A stretch of DNA of 41,433 bases from Candidatus Thorarchaeota archaeon (GTDB lineage: Archaea > Asgardarchaeota > Hermodarchaeia > Hermodarchaeales > Hermodarchaeaceae): positions 1 to 41,433 of the forward strand of contig JBHLSA010000002.1 of NCBI GenBank assembly GCA_048882025.1. Reading direction: 5' to 3'. Each line of letters starts with the position of its first letter. Position 1 is the first letter of the stretch. A program made the translations under genes and the position numbers. Of the stretch, positions 36,484 to 41,433 are shown piece by piece. The notes below the pieces were generated by a model. That model worked only from the letters and a program-made list of their open reading frames with translations. It was not told the origin of the DNA and searched no databases.

Positions 36484-36589
36484 GCCGCGTTAGTGTAGCC
36501 AGGTCAATCATCTGAGGCTCTCGACCTTAGGACCGGGGTTCGAATCTTGTTAGAAAGTCTAACGAGAGAAATTCCCCGACGCGGCACCA
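36484..36589 (+). tRNA. tRNA-Glu(CUC) with a 28-nt T-loop intron; CCA encoded
   Basis: GCCGCGT-TA-GTGT-AGCCAGGTCAA-TCAT-C-TGAGG-CTCTCGA-CCTTA-GGAC-CGGGG-TTCGAAT[CTTGTTAGAAAGTCTAACGAGAGAAATT]CCCCG-ACGCGGC-A-CCA. A TATA-like GTTTAAAAAA lies about 25 nt upstream. Confidence 0.8.
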
Positions 36590-36625
36590 TTATTTACAGG
36601 TAAAGCTCCTTAAACGCCTCACCAA

Positions 36626-38218
36626 TTAACCAATTTTTTCGACTATGGTTTTCAGTGATTCGGTTGTGAAGTCTGTCTGGAAAAAGAGACAAGTTTTTCC
36701 GATTTTTTCAAATTTTTTCCGACACCGGTTTGAAAAGGTGCGCCAATAAGTATTTGGTTGGAATAATCCATAAACATTCGAATATTGCTGATTGTGTTGA
36801 ATGTACCGAAACAACTGCTTTAGAAGATGAGAAGAGTCTTCAATTTGGAAGGATTTGGGAATTTCATTTTGAGCAAGAGGATAAGTATTTGTTAGTTCGA
36901 GCGGAACTAGCCCTAGATAGGGGCAAAGAAATAGTATATCGATGCTTATTGATGTGCAAGAATTCATTTGCAGGTACAAAGCTCTAAAACGCTTGTATTC
37001 CATCGAGAAATGATAAGGACGGTTGGATGGGGCAGAGAATAATAGTAACTCTTTTCGGTTAGTCTTTGGTGGAGAATATTCTGAAATTCGGTTGTTGTGA
37101 CGGTAGATTTCAGGTTGAAAAAGCGACCATTTGCTTGTTATAAAAATCGCTCTTTTCTTCGTTACCGGAGAGAGTTGTTCGAAAATCTTTGGATAGGAAA
37201 TCATCTTCTGCATAGCATCAACCATGGCAGGATGACTACTAATTCGACTCTCAACAAGGCGCCAAAGTCGTCCTTCACGAATAGCTTGTTTTATTCGAAC
37301 GATTTCATTTTGACAAATTCTGAGATTATGTTCCGCTAAAACTCGGATGCGCGCATTTTTTTCTAGCCTTTTAATTTCAGAAATTGTAAATTTACTGCAA
37401 CTAGGACACGTACAAAACTGTTCATGTATTTCTTGAAGCCGGTAAGTTCCAGTGGGTGTAAGAAGGCGATCATGCCTTGCAAATAATGCATAAGCTGCTG
37501 AATCAAACATATCACACCCCATGGCTACAATTAAGGGGAAGATGAGTGGGTGTCCTGCTCCAAAAAGATGAACTGGCTTATTATGGGGAATATTTCTTTT
37601 TGCAGTCATCACTAGTTCGACGAGTTTATCAAAATGATATTGTTCCATTAATTGTGTGGGACTACCAATTGCAAAAATAGAAAAATCCAGCTTCGAAACT
37701 TCTTTTGCGGATTTTGCTACTAAATCAGGATACGTTCCTCCTTGGATTGGTCCTACCCAGAGAATATCTTTCCTCGTGCGTAACGAACTAGATGCCTTCG
37801 CACGTCTGAGGGTTTCATCAACTGTTTTACTTGCCTCTTCGTAGGTAGAATGGCCTCCAGTGGGAACATCTAAAATAACTGCGATGTCTGATTCGATTTT
37901 CTCTTGGAATTCAATTATTTGGTCAGGTGTGATTTCAACGTCTCCGTATATTAGGAGTTGATATGCTCCTGAGTCAGTCATAATCACTCCAGGATAGTCA
38001 AGAATTTCATGAAGAACTCCTTCATTTGCAGCTTTTGAAAGTAAGTATGCGTTGGTTATGATTGCTTTACAATTAAATTCGGAAAACATAGTTCGGGGTG
38101 GAATTAAGACTCGTGTTGGATGAACTACTGGAAGAAAGATTGGTGTTTCAACTATTCCAGTCTTCGTTCGAAACTTCGTAATTCTCCCAAGTAGATCCTT
38201 ATGGGTGATTTCAATCAT
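36626..38218 (-). CDS. tgtA: Archaeosine tRNA-guanine transglycosylase (ArcTGT)
   Basis: GRITKFRTKTGIVETPIFLPVVHP, TDSGAYQ, FAIGSP, LFGAGHP and the Zn site CTCPSC. Confidence 0.9.
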   Translation of the reverse strand: MIEITHKDLLGRITKFRTKTGIVETPIFLPVVHPTRVLIPPRTMFSEFNCKAIITNAYLLSKAANEGVLHEILDYPGVIMTDSGAYQLLIYGDVEITPDQIIEFQEKIESDIAVILDVPTGGHSTYEEASKTVDETLRRAKASSSLRTRKDILWVGPIQGGTYPDLVAKSAKEVSKLDFSIFAIGSPTQLMEQYHFDKLVELVMTAKRNIPHNKPVHLFGAGHPLIFPLIVAMGCDMFDSAAYALFARHDRLLTPTGTYRLQEIHEQFCTCPSCSKFTISEIKRLEKNARIRVLAEHNLRICQNEIVRIKQAIREGRLWRLVESRISSHPAMVDAMQKMISYPKIFEQLSPVTKKRAIFITSKWSLFQPEIYRHNNRISEYSPPKTNRKELLLFSAPSNRPYHFSMEYKRFRALYLQMNSCTSISIDILFLCPYLGLVPLELTNTYPLAQNEIPKSFQIEDSSHLLKQLFRYIQHNQQYSNVYGLFQPNTYWRTFSNRCRKKFEKIGKTCLFFQTDFTTESLKTIVEKIG

Positions 38219-38454
38219 CGCGAATGTAAATTACCCTGCATTGAAGGTCAGGGCTTTGGACTTCATGTCGTTGGCTCGAGCTAGCTAGCCCATAGATCCT
38301 ACTCGCCGTTTTAGTGATTTTGCCCAGGCATGCGGGTATTTGGAATGTGCTCACCGAGTTAATTTTCACAACTGGGTCCCCCAAGGATGGTTTAAGCTCC
38401 GCAATACCTTCATGTCCTAAAGGATTGGGAATCATAACGGCCTTCGATTCTTTC
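38219..38454. other. GC-elevated structured spacer; candidate ncRNA or 5' leader
   Basis: 236 nt between the Sm-like gene and tgtA. It looks more GC-rich by eye than the flanks. Hairpin TGAAGGTC-AGGGCTTTG-GACTTCA (38242-38265), nested palindromes GGCTCGAGCTAGCTAGCC (38273-38290) and CCCAGGCATGCGGG (38323-38336). The ORFs here have no coding signature. Confidence 0.25.
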
Positions 38455-38904
38455 TTAGCTAGGAGTTTCCTCTGCTTTGGTTTTTTGTTCTTCGATGAAG
38501 CGAGTGTATATTTTTCTTATGCGATCAGCAAGTGGACCTGTCCCTTCTACCCCTTCTTCGGTTAAACGAACCTTGTTTAGCACAACAATGACACGTGCGT
38601 CTTCAAGGAATCTGACCTCTCCAGGAGGAAAGAGTGTTTCGAGTTGTTCAGCCAGCCCCTTCAAGTCAAATGGATCTTCGGTCTTGACGAGTTCTAATAT
38701 CGTATGGCCCGTAACCACAATCTTGTGGTAGACCGTGCCTTTTGAGTCACGCGCATCAGACAATACAACACTTAACGTAGCAGGATCATAACCTCGCATT
38801 TTTCCAGTGAGAGATTTTCCTGTATTTGTACTAATAACCACAGTTGCTCCAATCAAAGAGGCTAGTTCTTTGAAAAAATGTCGAGCCCCAGTACTTTGTG
38901 CCAT
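38455..38904 (-). CDS. Sm-like (LSm) protein with a C-terminal extension domain (SmAP3-type architecture)
   Basis: Sm1 is LIGATVVISTNTGKSLTGKMRGYDPATLSVVLSDA and Sm2 is YHKIVVTGHTILEL, followed by a roughly 75-aa extra domain. The ATG is preceded by GAGGAAA. Confidence 0.7.
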   Translation of the reverse strand: MAQSTGARHFFKELASLIGATVVISTNTGKSLTGKMRGYDPATLSVVLSDARDSKGTVYHKIVVTGHTILELVKTEDPFDLKGLAEQLETLFPPGEVRFLEDARVIVVLNKVRLTEEGVEGTGPLADRIRKIYTRFIEEQKTKAEETPS

Positions 38905-39001
38905 GCTAGTTTCCTCTAAAGATTCTGTTTGGAGTAGTGATTATACATCCGTTTTTATATGTTGTTGAGCCACATTATGAAAACATAATAAACGAACTAA
39001 G

Positions 39002-39358
39002 GTGAATTCTTTGGTCTCGGGTACGGGAGTTATTGAAAAACGGGAAACCACACAAACTCAAATTATTCAGTATTTTGTTAAAGTTAATAAAAGGTTTCAA
39101 GTTGATTTTGAATTACCAGCTAGTGAAAGTGCACTCGAAGGAGGACAGAAAGTCACAATCGCAATTAATACAAGTAAACCAAAAAAATCCAATGCCCTCC
39201 TAACACTTCGGGGTGAGGTGTACCAAATAGAAAAAACTAGTGCGGGAATTAGGTATATCATATTTTTCTCTGGTTTACAAGGAAGTATAGTTGCAAAACG
39301 TGGAATTACCGGGCTAAAGACTAAGAAAACAATTTATCTATCAATTTCAAAACGATGA
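39002..39358 (+). CDS. Putative RNA polymerase subunit Rpo8 (RpoG/Rpb8-like)
   Basis: 118 aa. ..RFQVDFELPAS..GQKVTIAINTS.., LRGEVYQIEK....IRYIIFFSGLQGSIVA....KTIYLSISK parallels Rpb8/RpoG (YGKVYRIE....YVSYGGLLMRLQG....VYLLMKK). GTG start. Confidence 0.5.
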   Translation: MNSLVSGTGVIEKRETTQTQIIQYFVKVNKRFQVDFELPASESALEGGQKVTIAINTSKPKKSNALLTLRGEVYQIEKTSAGIRYIIFFSGLQGSIVAKRGITGLKTKKTIYLSISKR

Positions 39359-39569
39359 AGACACCGAGATTGAAAAGATTCAATTTTTGAAAATCAATAC
39401 TAGTGAATAGTTTCAGTGTCGCGTCTCTGTGAGAGTAGAGAATTCATTCAAACGTACACAACGCTCTGCTTATTCAGATGTTGTTTTCGCTGCAAGAGCG
39501 ATTTGCATGCCAAAAGTCTGGTTAAGAGGAAATGCGCTTTGGGACTTAGAACTGCCCAAAGTGATTCAG

Positions 39570-40577
39570 ATGGAGGACATGCGCTGCACAGAATGCCTTG
39601 GAACCGCGATATTAGTCAACGGTGAATATGTGTGCACTAGTTGTGGTCTAGTACTAGCACGCCAAGTAGTTAGTTCACCGTATCAGATGTACAAAGAGGA
39701 AGGAGGTACTTCGTCACATTCGAAGACTTATGTTGCGTTGGGAAAAAGATCCGTCATGGTGGGCGGTTTAGGAAGCTTCATTGACTACCAAGCCAGCCGC
39801 TTTTTCTATGATCGGACAGGTAGACCACTCACCCCACGAAACCAACGATTGTATCGAAGGTTGAAATTTGATTATAATCTCCGTCTTCGAATTGCAAAGC
39901 GTGAGACAACATACCGTGCATTGCGATCATTGAGTAGAGTTACTGATTTGCTCTCTTTACCTGACAGCATCAAGGATAGAGCAGCATACTACTATCAAAA
40001 GATGGACATGAAGCTTGAAAGCCGAGATATAACAAGCCACCTAACTCTTATGGCGTATGGACTGATGTTGGCCGTTCGTGAATCAAAAGAAAATGCCCCC
40101 ATTACCTTACAAGAGATTGCAGACGCTTTTCAGAAGATAGGTCATCGAGTGACTAGCCGCTCCATCATTCGTCAAGCCCTCACTGTCAAAAAGAAACTTC
40201 CAATTGCTCCCACCAAACGAAAGAGCGAAGATTACCTGCAACGAATAGTATCTCAAACAGTGCATCACCCTACAGTGCGTCTAAGAATACGACGTGCAGG
40301 TTTATCGCTTCAGGAGTATCAGGTTCGCTTATTAGAACATGCCAGCCATCTATTTAGTCGAATTGATGTTTCTGAACGAGGAGGAAGAAACCCGTTCATT
40401 TTTGCCGTCGCAGTTGTCTACAGCTCAGATTTGCTAATAGCCAAGATGGCCAAACGTCGTCCAATACTCACTCAGCGCTTGATTTCAAAAGCAACAAGTG
40501 CCGCCGAATACAGTGTACGAGACCATTATGCCAAGTTACTGAAAAGGCACCTCATCGAGATGTTACCTGAAGCATAG
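39570..40577 (+). CDS. Divergent transcription factor B (TFIIB-like) paralogue
   Basis: Zn ribbon CTEC..x14..CTSC, a linker lacking the usual EWRAF-type B-reader, then two cyclin-like repeats (YRALRSLSRVTDLLSLPDSIKDRAAYYYQKM.., ..NPFIFAVAVVYSS..). The ATG at 39570 is preferred over the track GTG at 39429. Confidence 0.75.
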   Translation: MEDMRCTECLGTAILVNGEYVCTSCGLVLARQVVSSPYQMYKEEGGTSSHSKTYVALGKRSVMVGGLGSFIDYQASRFFYDRTGRPLTPRNQRLYRRLKFDYNLRLRIAKRETTYRALRSLSRVTDLLSLPDSIKDRAAYYYQKMDMKLESRDITSHLTLMAYGLMLAVRESKENAPITLQEIADAFQKIGHRVTSRSIIRQALTVKKKLPIAPTKRKSEDYLQRIVSQTVHHPTVRLRIRRAGLSLQEYQVRLLEHASHLFSRIDVSERGGRNPFIFAVAVVYSSDLLIAKMAKRRPILTQRLISKATSAAEYSVRDHYAKLLKRHLIEMLPEA

Positions 40578-40805
40578 CTGAATTGAATGCAGAGCAATAA
40601 TTACTATTACAAAGAGTGAAAAAAGGAGGACCACCCGAAACACGGCGAACCCAGCCAATAATGCAAATAAAAGCACGAATGGTATTGATGTGATGATCAC
40701 TCCTGAGATGACGACAAGACAAGTAATGTCATTAATAATCGATTGAATGATCAGCAGTAGTAACCACAAATAAAGAATTATTTTTAAAATTGTTAAGAGA
40801 AACAT
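40563..40805 (-). CDS. Small hydrophobic membrane protein (80 aa, about 3 TM)
   Basis: Almost entirely hydrophobic helices. It lies 11 nt downstream of the 40817-41212 ORF on the same strand. Confidence 0.4.
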   Translation of the reverse strand: MFLLTILKIILYLWLLLLIIQSIINDITCLVVISGVIITSIPFVLLFALLAGFAVFRVVLLFSLFVIVIIALHSIQLCFR

Positions 40806-40816
40806 TTTGTCACTTC

Positions 40817-41212
40817 TTACTCAGCCTGAAAAAGAATCTGTAGTGAGGAATTAGTAGGAGTTATCGTCAACAAGTGTAATCCGCTATGGCTAGGTCCCAC
40901 GAGAAATATTGTGTACCTGTATGTTCTTGTTATGATGTACCAAGAATCAAGGTATACTTTGAATATTAATTGGTTATACTCAGCTTCCAGAGTTACATTA
41001 CTTGGTACAACAACTCGGACCGAAACACTCTCTCCACTCTGATCAGCAAGGAGGATTGAGGAGTCTACATCATTTACAAAATTTTGAAACACAATTGATT
41101 GTTCAGATTCTGAAATGACTTGTGTTGTAGTGATAAGAAGTGGTAAACCGATTGTGATGAGGAGAGTAAGGTTTAACCCGATGATTACTATTTTTTCGAG
41201 GCTTTGATTCAA
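40817..41212 (-). CDS. N-terminally membrane-anchored beta-rich protein (possible pilin / FlaF-FlaG-like), function unknown
   Basis: Short polar N-terminus, one hydrophobic helix (IVIIGLNLTLLITIGLPLLITT) and a beta-strand-like remainder. TTG start. No clear class III signal-peptide cleavage motif. Confidence 0.4.
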   Translation of the reverse strand: MNQSLEKIVIIGLNLTLLITIGLPLLITTTQVISESEQSIVFQNFVNDVDSSILLADQSGESVSVRVVVPSNVTLEAEYNQLIFKVYLDSWYIITRTYRYTIFLVGPSHSGLHLLTITPTNSSLQILFQAE

Positions 41213-41357
41213 TTAAGTCCCAGTTTAGATTTCCCTAAAAGAAATTTAAAGTCCTATTCTCAAGATTTTTCTTGCTTTAAATACGAATTTCCAAAGTAAC
41301 CCTGCGGTTAGTATGGTTTGTCCAGTTCAGGTGAAAAAAGAAACCCCCAACGCAGTT

Positions 41358-41433
41358 ATGTTGGAGTTTTGTTGTGACCTCTGTCAATCTCAGGAAACGA
41401 CAAAAGGTGATATCACTAGTAATCCACACTGTC
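41358..41433 (+). CDS. Possible 5' end of a Cys-rich ORF running off the window
   Basis: ATG at 41358 with an open frame to the window edge (MLEFCCDLCQSQETTKGDITSNPHC). Only 25 codons are visible. Confidence 0.2.
   Translation, partial: MLEFCCDLCQSQETTKGDITSNPHC

Noticed and set aside
38273-38336. A cluster of XhoI-, NheI- and SphI-type palindromes (CTCGAG, GCTAGC, GCATGC) that looks like a cloning polylinker
   Set aside because: The flanks run straight into native genes with intact starts and stops, and no vector-like sequence follows. Stem-forming palindromes of a structured RNA or DNA element are more likely.
38211-38565. ORFs 38211-38435 (-) and 38314-38565 (+)
   Set aside because: They overlap the tgtA start and the Sm-like gene 3' end respectively, and have no domain signatures. 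The region is treated as non-coding and structured.
39429-39569. GTG-initiated 47-codon extension of the TFB-like gene, and the 69-aa ORF 39416-39625
   Set aside because: TFB proteins begin at the Zn ribbon, and the ATG at 39570 (MEDMRCTEC) gives that. The extension has no features and contains an inverted repeat more consistent with a leader.
1-41433. CRISPR arrays, IS elements and prophage genes
   Set aside because: I saw no regularly spaced direct repeats and no transposase, integrase or capsid-like ORFs anywhere in the window.

Overview
This window is a gene-dense, AT-rich archaeal chromosomal segment of about 48 protein genes and 4 tRNA genes. I saw no CRISPR array, transposase or integrase. 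All calls come from motif and architecture recognition by eye; no searches were run.

Most genes are housekeeping:
- Information processing: ATP-dependent DNA ligase, RpoK, an Rpo8-like ORF, a TFB-like factor, eS17, archaeosine TGT, Taw1, RtcA, EndoV, an Sm-like protein and a NOG1-type GTPase.
- Protein homeostasis: thermosome, proteasome beta subunit and a PAC2 chaperone.
- Cofactor and central metabolism: Fae-Hps, class I GAPDH, ThiL, RibL, RibK, NMNAT and uridine phosphorylase.

Three things stand out:
1. Eukaryotic-signature ORFs point to an Asgard (Loki-like) archaeon. These are a profilin-like ORF, a translin-like ORF, and a ribophorin I/OST1-like type I membrane protein with a roughly 155-aa helical cytosolic tail.
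2. The ribophorin-like gene closes a small N-glycosylation locus: an ALG7/AglH-type GlcNAc-1-P transferase, a TrmB regulator, a WbpB-like dehydrogenase and a WbpD-like acetyltransferase.
3. All four tRNA genes are interrupted, with six introns in total. Three sit at non-canonical positions, one in a D-loop and two in T-loops.

Several orphan genes (a ParB/Srx-like ORF next to a 335-aa unknown, and an ORF beside profilin) and one GC-elevated 236-nt spacer remain unexplained.
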